This document shows, piece after piece, positions 1 to 8,216 of a stretch of DNA of 64,000 bases; the stretch's first letter is position 1; each line of letters begins with the position of its first letter. The DNA is from Promethearchaeota archaeon (GTDB lineage: Archaea > Asgardarchaeota > Lokiarchaeia > Sigyniarchaeales > SOKP01). The stretch spans positions 35,147-99,146 of the forward strand of contig JAFGOA010000223.1 of assembly GCA_016926735.1 (NCBI GenBank), read 5' to 3'. The position numbers and the translations under genes are program-made. Below the pieces are notes generated by a model. It ran no database searches. It was not told where the DNA came from and saw only the letters and a list, made by a program, of their open reading frames with translations.

Positions 1-44
1 AATCCGACAAAATATAATAAATATAAAGTGAATTAATTTCCTAA

Positions 45-269
45 TTGAGAGTAAGAATGCAAATAATAACGATAAATTTACCTGAGAAATATTTGGAAGC
101 CATCCAAATATTAAATGATTATAAAATCTATCCTTCAAGAAGTGAAGCTATTAGAATTGCTTTAGAAAGATTCTTAACAAATGAACTTAAAATGGATAAG
201 GAACTTGAAGAAGATAATTTTAAAATGCTTACAAAAGGCAGAATTAATAAAAAAAAAATAAAAAGATAA
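45..269 (+). CDS. Ribbon-helix-helix (CopG/MetJ-like) DNA-binding protein
   Basis: IITINLPEKYLEAI...YPSRSEAIRIAL is the typical RHH strand-helix-helix pattern; true start may be the ATG at 57. Confidence 0.8.
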   Translation: MRVRMQIITINLPEKYLEAIQILNDYKIYPSRSEAIRIALERFLTNELKMDKELEEDNFKMLTKGRINKKKIKR

Positions 270-406
270 ATATTCTGCTTCTCTTGCTTTTTTTTTTTTC
301 TAAAATACAAATTAAAAAAATACATGATTTTTATTTGATTAGAAGATTTTTTTAATTTTTTTTGACACATACAATTATAAGAAGTTACTAAATTTGTGAA
401 ATTACA

Positions 407-1456
407 ATGAAAGTCGCAAAATACTATAATAATAAAGATGTAAGAATAGAGCAAATTTCAAAACCTACTATTAATCCAGATGAATTTTTAGTAAAAATAA
501 GAAAATCTGGTATTTGTGGTTCTGATATTCTTGAATATTATCGTTTTGCAAAAATGAAGAAACTTGGTGTAGATAATCTTATATTAGGGCATGAAATAGC
601 TGGGGATATTGTAGAAATTGGAAATAACGTAAAAGAATTTAAGATTGGAGATCGAGTATTCGTATCTCATCATGTACCATGTTTTAATTGTCATTTTTGT
701 AAACAAGGTCATCATACAGCATGTCATTTATTGCATAATACAAACTTTGACCCTGGTGGATTCTCAGAGTATGTTAGAATTCCTTCTATTAATATTGAGA
801 AAAAAGGTGTATATGTCTTTAATGAAAGTATGTCGTATGAAGATGGTGTTATGTTGGAACCATTAGCTTGTGTATGCAGAGCTCAGAGACTTGCAAATAT
901 AAAAGAGGGACAGACTATTTTGATTCTAGGAAGTGGTGTATCTGGTATACTGCATCTTAAATTAGCAAAAATGAAAGGAGCAGCTAAAGTAATAATGACA
1001 GATATTAGTGAGAATCGATTAAAACAAGCTCAGAAATATGGCGCTAATGAAATAATTAATGCTAATGAAGATATATTCTCTATTATAAAAAATCTTAATG
1101 AAGATCGAATGCCCGATTCTATAATAGTATGTACAGGAGCACTAACAGCCGCTAATCAAGCGCTTAAATGTGTCGGAGCAGGATCCACCATCTTATTTTT
1201 TGCCGTACCAAAACCGGGTATAAACCTTGACATCCCAATTAATGATTATTGGAGAAATGAAGTGATCATTATGACCTCCTATGGTGCAGCGCCCCCAGAT
1301 TTGGATGAAGCATATGAATTAATTTCAAATAAAAAAATAAATGTCAGTGATATTATTTCACATCGTTTTCCTTTAAATAAAGTTCAAGAAGCATTTAATA
1401 TGGTATGTAATGCCGATAATTCATTAAAAGTGATTATAGATTTTGATATGAAATAA
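407..1456 (+). CDS. Zn-dependent medium-chain alcohol/polyol dehydrogenase
   Basis: GICGSD, LGHE, structural Zn CxxCxxCx7C, GSGVSG Rossmann motif. Confidence 0.92.
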   Translation: MKVAKYYNNKDVRIEQISKPTINPDEFLVKIRKSGICGSDILEYYRFAKMKKLGVDNLILGHEIAGDIVEIGNNVKEFKIGDRVFVSHHVPCFNCHFCKQGHHTACHLLHNTNFDPGGFSEYVRIPSINIEKKGVYVFNESMSYEDGVMLEPLACVCRAQRLANIKEGQTILILGSGVSGILHLKLAKMKGAAKVIMTDISENRLKQAQKYGANEIINANEDIFSIIKNLNEDRMPDSIIVCTGALTAANQALKCVGAGSTILFFAVPKPGINLDIPINDYWRNEVIIMTSYGAAPPDLDEAYELISNKKINVSDIISHRFPLNKVQEAFNMVCNADNSLKVIIDFDMK

Positions 1457-1546
1457 TTGAAATTTTTATAGTTTTACCCTTTTTTATTTTTGAGAGAAAT
1501 ACTTCTTTTTCAAAAACTAATTAGGTTATCAAAATTACTAAAAGTG

Positions 1547-2824
1547 TTAAGAAATACTAACCGATTCTAATAAAAATTGTTTATACGAAGTTTGGAACAT
1601 GTCCCTTATTCGCACAGGCTGAAACCAGTAGCCTCTATCGGATAGATCTTGAATAAAACCATCTCCGACTACTTTTCTGAGAATATTTAACGCTCCATTT
1701 ACATCAGCATTAAGAATGTAATTCGAGCCTTTAAATATTCCCCGTTTTATCCTTTTACCAACATAATGTTGATGTTTCTGTATTGGTTCTAAATCTAATG
1801 AACTACATTTTGACGTGTAGGATTCATTGACATCATGAACTTTAATTCCTACAAGGCGAGCTTTATAAGTTATCATTTGTTTAAGCTTTTGAATGGGGAT
1901 ATTCAAAAAATTTTGGTTATTTCGTTTGCCCATTCGAATATTTTGTTTTATATTATCTAATTTACCCAAACAAATGTGTCCTATCTGTTTTTCCAAACAA
2001 TAACCGACAATGAATTGAGCTGTTTTATGCAAATAATCCTTTACAATTGAGTTTCTCCTTATTGTAATCTTATCGAGTCTATCAGTCCACTTTAGTTCTT
2101 GTTTATCCTTAATAGAAAAAAATCTTGCTTTCTGTTTATTCCATTGCCGATTAATTGATTTTAGAATTCTCCCTGAAATAATAATTGGTTTAGTATTCAT
2201 ATTCTCTGCTGTAGTGATTAAATTATTCAATCCAAAATCGATTGATAAATATCTCGTGGTATCTAATTTTGACGTTTCTATTTCTTTTTTATATATTATT
2301 TCAATTTCATAAAATCCTTTTCGTGGCAAAATCCTTATCTGTTGATACTCTCCAAAACGCTTGTTTTTATACGTAGGAATTTTAATTTCAATAGGGTTTT
2401 CAAACTCAGGAAATAGTTCTTTAAAAAGGTGAGACATTGTAAGAACGATTTTATCCTGTTTAATCTTGCTATTCTGGTTAGTAAATATCAAAATGTTGTT
2501 ACAACCTTTCTTGTATTTAGGTGGTCTCGGTCTTCCATTGAATCTTTTCCTATCTTTTTTCCACTCCTTTATAGCATTGAAGAAACTTTTCCAGTTTTTA
2601 TCCAAGACTTTAAGAATTTGTTGAGAGGTTTGAGCTTTTAACAATTTATATTGGCTATATTTTTTCATTATGAAATCTAAATCGTTATATCGAAGCCAAT
2701 TCTCTAGATGAAAGAAATCCTGTCGAATATACCAATTAGCTTGATTATAAAGCTTCTTAGAAATTGAACAGAGCACATCTAAATGCTCAGTTCTCAGAGT
2801 CCTGAATTTATATACTAATTTCAT
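1547..2824 (-). CDS. tnpB: RNA-guided endonuclease TnpB
   Basis: SKKLYNQANW, RPPKYK, RuvC-I SIDFGLNN, VNESYTSKCS, RuvC-III NADVNGALNI. Confidence 0.93.
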   Translation of the reverse strand: MKLVYKFRTLRTEHLDVLCSISKKLYNQANWYIRQDFFHLENWLRYNDLDFIMKKYSQYKLLKAQTSQQILKVLDKNWKSFFNAIKEWKKDRKRFNGRPRPPKYKKGCNNILIFTNQNSKIKQDKIVLTMSHLFKELFPEFENPIEIKIPTYKNKRFGEYQQIRILPRKGFYEIEIIYKKEIETSKLDTTRYLSIDFGLNNLITTAENMNTKPIIISGRILKSINRQWNKQKARFFSIKDKQELKWTDRLDKITIRRNSIVKDYLHKTAQFIVGYCLEKQIGHICLGKLDNIKQNIRMGKRNNQNFLNIPIQKLKQMITYKARLVGIKVHDVNESYTSKCSSLDLEPIQKHQHYVGKRIKRGIFKGSNYILNADVNGALNILRKVVGDGFIQDLSDRGYWFQPVRIRDMFQTSYKQFLLESVSIS

Positions 2825-2934
2825 CCTGAAATTCCTCTTTCTTTTTTGTTACAAACTCTTTTCTTCTCCTTGAATTAATTGACATAGCATAACAATTAAA
2901 CTCTTAACAGATTTAAGACTTCATAAGCTTTCAT
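2808..2934 (-). pseudogene. tnpA: IS607 TnpA (serine recombinase) remnant with large internal deletion
   Basis: Hand translation: MKAYEVLNLLR from ATG 2934, joined out of frame to FNCYAMSINSRRRKEFVTKKKEEFQDEISI*, whose stop overlaps the tnpB start; both pieces resemble IS607 TnpA termini. Confidence 0.7.
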
Positions 2935-3632
2935 ATTATTAAATGAATAATTCTTAATAAAAAAGGTAAGTGAGTCTTATGATTTTTAATAAAAATGGGG
3001 ATGATATTATCTCAACTACTTATTGGAATTTTATAAAAATCTATAATTATTTATAATAGTTAAAAATTCATTACACTTTTGGGATTTAAATGGATATTTA
3101 GATAGAAATACTCAAGCATTTATCTTCCGTAACCCTAATTATTATACTGAAATAAAAGAAATTATGAATAGTGATTGGATACATAGATTATTCAATCAGG
3201 CTCTCGATAATTTATAACAATTTAAAAATTCTATTTCTTTTCTAAAAACACATAGTTTTGAAAAATTATTTTTATTTCAAAATACGATATATTTATCCAA
3301 TTATATATGTATAGATTAACATAACTTGAAGATACTTCAAATAATTTAATATTTTTGTTTTCTTTAGGAAAAAAAAATTTTCCCTAATATTTTAGGATGG
3401 TAAATTTTCAAACGAGCTTTTTTTTGTTTTTTACTACATCCTAAGAGTATATGATTTTATAAATACAAAATCTATAGAATAATCTCAAATAAAAAAAAAA
3501 AATTGAGAAAATAATGTAAGAAAATTGTACTATATAATGAAGGGATTTGATATCTATACAAAATAGATTTTAATGAAAAGGAGATTAATAAGAGAAAATT
3601 TTAGGTAAAATTTTAATATAAGGTGAATAAAA

Positions 3633-4724
3633 ATGAAAAAAATACGATATCCTACTGAAAATGAAAAAGAAGGGATTACTAAGCTAGAAAATTTGATTAA
3701 AAATTATCCATTTCATTTTTTGAAGGTTTATAACGAATTTAAACAAGATCAAGAATTCCCTATGCTTCAAATAATTATTTCTTGTAAGATGAAAGGATTT
3801 TCTATTCCCTCTTCAAATAATTATATGCGAAATATAATGCGATATAGAGGATTAAATACAGATGATATCAATCGATTTGAAAATTTAGTTATTAATCATC
3901 TAAATTCTTTAATAGAGGAAATAGGATATACAGAAACTAAAGAATATTTAGAAATGAATAATTCATTTAAAGAACTTAATGTGTGGATTGAAGAAATGTA
4001 TAAAAGATTAAGTTATTTTGATAATGATGGTGGGTGGAATAAAGTTGGAGTGGATGACTACCAAAGAATCGAAGAAATTTTAAAAAGAGAAAAAATATAT
4101 AGAGGGACAGAAAACGATGTAAAGGTTAAATTCAAACAAATTTTTGGTTTTCAAGATTTAGTTATAAGAGAAGAAACATACAAGAATCTTACTACTTCAG
4201 AAGAATTTGATGAGATTATTTCGAATATATTAATGTTACTCGGAAAGGGATCATATAAATGCAATGGTGGAAAGGTTAGATTAATTGGATCTTCAGTAGA
4301 AGATATCGAAGAAAGTTGCATCTATTCTTCCCTTCAAAAATATCCCAGAGTATTGAAAAATATGGATCAAGCATTGGAACATAAAATTAAGAAGAAATGG
4401 AATGAAGTAGCATTGTATTGCTGTAAAGCTATTGAATATTTTTATAAAATAATATTAGGTAATAAAAAAAAATATGAAAAATTAACACTTAGATCATTAA
4501 CAGAAGCAATAAGAAGAAATCAAAATAAATTATTAAAAATTGATGATACTGTGTGGCTGGGAGTTGATAAATTATTACAATCTTGTGTTAATTTAGTTGG
4601 GACAATAAGAAATTCCAGAGACTCAGGTCACGGAAATGATCGAGATGTTGAAAAATGGGAAAGTCAAATGGTATACAATTATACAATCGTATTATTAAGA
4701 ACTCTAATACAAATTATAAAATAA
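3633..4724 (+). CDS. Protein with C-terminal HEPN/Abi_C-like domain (possible defence RNase)
   Basis: C-terminal helical domain with IRNSRDSGHG (R-x-H HEPN-like motif) after CCKAIEYFYK. Confidence 0.6.
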   Translation: MKKIRYPTENEKEGITKLENLIKNYPFHFLKVYNEFKQDQEFPMLQIIISCKMKGFSIPSSNNYMRNIMRYRGLNTDDINRFENLVINHLNSLIEEIGYTETKEYLEMNNSFKELNVWIEEMYKRLSYFDNDGGWNKVGVDDYQRIEEILKREKIYRGTENDVKVKFKQIFGFQDLVIREETYKNLTTSEEFDEIISNILMLLGKGSYKCNGGKVRLIGSSVEDIEESCIYSSLQKYPRVLKNMDQALEHKIKKKWNEVALYCCKAIEYFYKIILGNKKKYEKLTLRSLTEAIRRNQNKLLKIDDTVWLGVDKLLQSCVNLVGTIRNSRDSGHGNDRDVEKWESQMVYNYTIVLLRTLIQIIK

Positions 4725-4841
4725 TTGAATTTCAACAATAAGTTTTGGAGTTTTATAAAAAATTACCAATTTTTATAAATAATTTAAAGGTTATAAATAA
4801 TTACTAATCTATAATTTTTTAAATCTTTAAAAAAGATAAAA

Positions 4842-5267
4842 ATGAGCGAACAATGGAAACATGCTGATTTAGCCTCTCTTATTGGAAAATTAGCATGGAT
4901 TATTGGTGTTATTTGTGGTGTGATTCAATTAATTATTGGAATTGCATATGGATCTTTCACCTTATTAGGTACTCTCTATATTGTTCCAATAAATATATTT
5001 TGGGCGATTGGCGGTGTGATTATTATAATAATATCCCTTTTAATTATTAAACCCCAATTTTCAGATAAATGTGCAAATAAGGAATGGGACGCACTATATG
5101 ATTGGGCATTAGATCTTGGAGGAACTAAAATATGGTGGATGTTAATTTGGATTGTTGTATTTATTATTTTTGGCTGGGGATATAGTGCTGGTCCAATTAT
5201 AATAGTCTTTCTTCTTCTTTTCCTTGCTGGTCCAGAGAATACTAAATGGGACAAAAATAAAAAATAA
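4842..5267 (+). CDS. Small integral membrane protein, unknown function
   Basis: About 4 hydrophobic segments, followed by a T-tract. Confidence 0.7.
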   Translation: MSEQWKHADLASLIGKLAWIIGVICGVIQLIIGIAYGSFTLLGTLYIVPINIFWAIGGVIIIIISLLIIKPQFSDKCANKEWDALYDWALDLGGTKIWWMLIWIVVFIIFGWGYSAGPIIIVFLLLFLAGPENTKWDKNKK

Positions 5268-5412
5268 TTATTTTTTTTTCTTTTTCTGCTAATCTTGAAA
5301 ATATGTTAAAAATAAAAATTATTTTATTAAATTATCTAAAAGTATTACCTATGATTAAAAAAAAGCACGTATAATCATTAAAAATTAAAAAAGAAATTAA
5401 AAAAAAGAGATG

Positions 5413-5543
5413 TTATAGTCCTTTAGGGCCATTTTCATATATTTTATATGCTTCATCAACAGATGTATTATCATGAACAATTGCTCTTACAGCTTTGATC
5501 ATACCAATAGGACTATCACTTTGAAAAATATTTCTTTCCATAT
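5413..5543 (-). pseudogene. Displaced second copy of the aldolase last exon ([42 protein letters not shown])
   Basis: Same 131-nt length as exon 3 (6893-7023); 20 differences over the 129 nt from ATG to stop by hand alignment. Confidence 0.9.
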
Positions 5544-5559
5544 ATTCAATTACGATATT

Positions 5560-6708
5560 TTATTTTAATTCTTCAAATTTCTTTCCTTTAAGTTGCTTAT
5601 GCCAATAATGTGGTTTTGGTTTTTTAATATTCCATTTTAAACATATTTCATTAACAATCCTTGGATATACATTATATATTTCACATATTTTTTTAATTGG
5701 CATTTTCCAAACTAATTTTATCAGTTCATCCTTTTGAATGGAGTCTTCAAAAATATTTTTAGATGCAACTCTAAAATATTTCCTCTTTCGCGATAAACTA
5801 TCTGGAAAATTATCTAACATTTCATTAAATAGTTTTCCGCCCAAACTAAAATAATAATTCCCTTTACCATCGGGATTGATTTTATGAGGAATATTAAATC
5901 TTTTTTTTATTTCTTCTAAAATTAATTTACTACCAATATGAAATTGATTAGTCCCTTCTTTTCCATCACCATCAAAAAAACCTAGTAAAAATGCCAGATC
6001 TAATTCTCTATTATCTAAATTAGGAAATCTTGTTCTTTTTTTACTACTTTTTACATAACCTAATGTGTATAGATCACTTTGAACATTAGAATTTTTAAAA
6101 GTAATCCTTACATATGTTCTTAGTTCATTTTTAGTCATTTTTGTTCGATATTTCTTGTATTTAGGATTTAAACCTATCGCTTTACAATACCTATCTATTA
6201 AAATTTCATCATTTTTGCTTAATTCAAGTTTTAATTCTCCTCTTTCTCCTAAATAAACTTCAGCCCACAATATTCCAAGCCAATAAGCTTTATTTTTTGA
6301 ATTAATTTTTTTAAAGTAATTTATATTTAAATCAAGATGATAGTTTAAAACTTTTAGACCTTTTTTTCTAGATATTGGTAATTCTTCATTTGATTCTTGG
6401 TATTTCTTAATAAATTTTAATGTATTCTTCCCACGTAAGCCAAAATAAGCTTTAATATTATTACTCCATTCGTTTAATTCATCTAAAGCAATTTTAAATT
6501 GAGGATTCACTTTAATATTTCTTATAATTCTTTTTATACGTCTTTCATAATCACATAATATAAGACTTAATTTTTTATAAGATAAACTTCCATTATGAAT
6601 TATTTTAACTTTAAAACCATTAATAAATAAGGTGGATGATACAATCTTAAAAATCTCGTTTCTTAAATCTTTTATTAATTCTGATGCAGAATAAGTAAGT
6701 CTTCTCAT
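5560..6708 (-). CDS. LAGLIDADG-family homing endonuclease-like protein (free-standing)
   Basis: Two LAGLIDADG-type helices, KAYWLGILWAEVY (degenerate) and LAFLLGFFDGDG; very basic; C-terminal HTH-like segment. Confidence 0.8.
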   Translation of the reverse strand: MRRLTYSASELIKDLRNEIFKIVSSTLFINGFKVKIIHNGSLSYKKLSLILCDYERRIKRIIRNIKVNPQFKIALDELNEWSNNIKAYFGLRGKNTLKFIKKYQESNEELPISRKKGLKVLNYHLDLNINYFKKINSKNKAYWLGILWAEVYLGERGELKLELSKNDEILIDRYCKAIGLNPKYKKYRTKMTKNELRTYVRITFKNSNVQSDLYTLGYVKSSKKRTRFPNLDNRELDLAFLLGFFDGDGKEGTNQFHIGSKLILEEIKKRFNIPHKINPDGKGNYYFSLGGKLFNEMLDNFPDSLSRKRKYFRVASKNIFEDSIQKDELIKLVWKMPIKKICEIYNVYPRIVNEICLKWNIKKPKPHYWHKQLKGKKFEELK

Positions 6709-6892
6709 TCCTCAATTATTTTGTTGTGTTTATTTCTGGTCTTTTTTCTATTTTTATCTAATTGAATTACTTCTCTAGTTTAAAGAATCTTTATTGATTT
6801 ATATGGTTTTTATTAATATATATTTTAATAGAGTCTGCAGATTTTTTTAAATAAAATATTTATATTATAACAAGAAAAAAAAAATAAAAAAA

Positions 6893-7737
6893 TTAAAGTC
6901 CTTTTGGACCGTTTTCATATATGCTATATGCTTCATCAATAGACTTATTCTCATGAACTATAGCTCTTACTGCTTTAATCATGCCAATAGGGCTGTCACT
7001 TTGGAATATATTTCTTCCCATATTTGCGCCTATAATTATAAAAAATAGTTATAGTCTACGCCGACAGCTCCTTTATCAATAGCATTCCTTGCCATAATTA
7101 AAGCATCACGCTCCTCAATCTTCTTTCCACCAGCTATTACAACCGGTACTGGAGCGATAGAAGTGACTTCGTCGAAGTTCTCACAATAATATGTTTTTAC
7201 AAAAGTGGCACCTATTTCTGCTGCCATTCTACTTGCCATACCCAAATATCTTGCATCTCTAACCATTTCCCGTCCAACTGCTGTTACTGCTAAGACTGGA
7301 ATACCATAATCTTGTCCCCAATTTACAATCTTAGTTAAATTCATTAAAGATTGTTTTTCAAATTCACCACCTACAAAGATGGAACAGGTAATTGCTGAAA
7401 CATTTAATCTTATCGCATCTTCAATTGTAACATTTATTTCTTCATTTGAAAGTTCTTTTAACATACTTGCTCCGGCAGATACTCTTAGAACGATAGGTAC
7501 ATCAAAATCCGGTGAAACACAATTTCGAAGCATACCTCGTGTTAACATTAAAGCATCAGCATATTCAAAAAGGGGTTCTAACTTCTTAAAAGATTTTAAC
7601 ATTCCTGGGATATTGCCAAAATATTCATGAGTATGTATTAATTATACATATTTTCCATGATCGACAGCAAGCATGACGCAATGCCCAGATTTAGGTTTAA
7701 TTATTCGGGATAATCTATTTTGCATTCCCCAATCCAT
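6893..7737 (-). CDS. lsrF: LsrF/DhnA-type class I aldolase/thiolase in three exons (7737-7654, 7623-7056, 7023-6893), 260 aa after splicing
   Basis: Exon 1 [13 protein letters not shown]...MLAVDHG; exon 2 YFG...ATFVKTYY...VVIAGGKK...GAVGV; exon 3 [24 protein letters not shown]; 84+568+131=783 nt, in frame. Confidence 0.88.
7024..7055 (-). other. Candidate 32-nt BHB intron 2 of the aldolase gene
   Basis: mRNA GCGU-AG^A-CUAUAACUAU UUUUU AUAAUUAUAG-GCGC-AA^A; splicing gives GGC GUA GAU AUG GGA (GVDMG). Confidence 0.85.
7624..7653 (-). other. Candidate 30-nt BHB intron 1 of the aldolase gene
   Basis: mRNA CAUG-GA^A-AA UAUGUAU AAUUA AUACAUA CU-CAUG-AA^U; splicing gives GAU CAU GGA UAU UUU (DHGYF); contains an in-frame UAA. 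Confidence 0.85.
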
Positions 7738-7862
7738 AGTTTTATCACTTATTTCTTATAATAATTTTATTTTGATATCGTAATAAGTAATGAAATTATT
7801 ATAAATTTTAAGTTTAATAGCTAAAATAAGATATTTTAAAAATTTGTATTAAATATTGTTTT

Positions 7863-8126
7863 TTATTTCAATTCTGTTGTTTTGGTTGCCAAAATAAGAT
7901 CTATTTTTTCATATCCTCTAATTATACCCTTTTGATCGATAAATACAACGAATTGATGATCAGAACAGACAATCCCTGCAGGAACATGTATTTTAACACA
8001 GCCAGATTCTTTTTTTGAAAAAATTTCTGTTGGAATTTTAACTATTTTATCAATTCCGCAAGTTGGACAAGATATATTGAACTCTCTCATGATTGATTCT
8101 AATTTCTTATAATTAATATTTAACAT
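7863..8126 (-). CDS. Small putative zinc-binding protein
   Basis: CPTC ... CSDH ligand pattern. Confidence 0.6.
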   Translation of the reverse strand: MLNINYKKLESIMREFNISCPTCGIDKIVKIPTEIFSKKESGCVKIHVPAGIVCSDHQFVVFIDQKGIIRGYEKIDLILATKTTELK

Positions 8127-8216
8127 TTTTTCTTACTTAGATATATTAAATACTGAGAAGTCAAATAAAAATGTTCACTTTTCCTATGAAATAAAGGAAA
8201 AAAAATTAAAAAAAAA

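Larger units (their letters stand above)
1547..2934 (-). mobile_element. Non-autonomous IS607-family element (deleted tnpA + intact tnpB); exact ends not determined
   Basis: tnpB preceded by overlapping remnants of an IS607 serine-recombinase gene. Confidence 0.75.

Noticed and set aside
3070-3217. Open stretch ...FWDLNGYLDRNTQAFIFRNPNYY...ALDNL*
   Set aside because: Protein-like, but under 50 codons with no clear start; possibly a gene remnant that I cannot assign
5544-5559. Alternative splicing from exon 2 to the distal exon copy (a 1.5-kb endonuclease-containing intron)
   Set aside because: The sequence before the distal copy (UUGA-AUA) cannot pair with the exon-2 helix strand GCGU, and the copy has G>E in the GR motif; at most a relic
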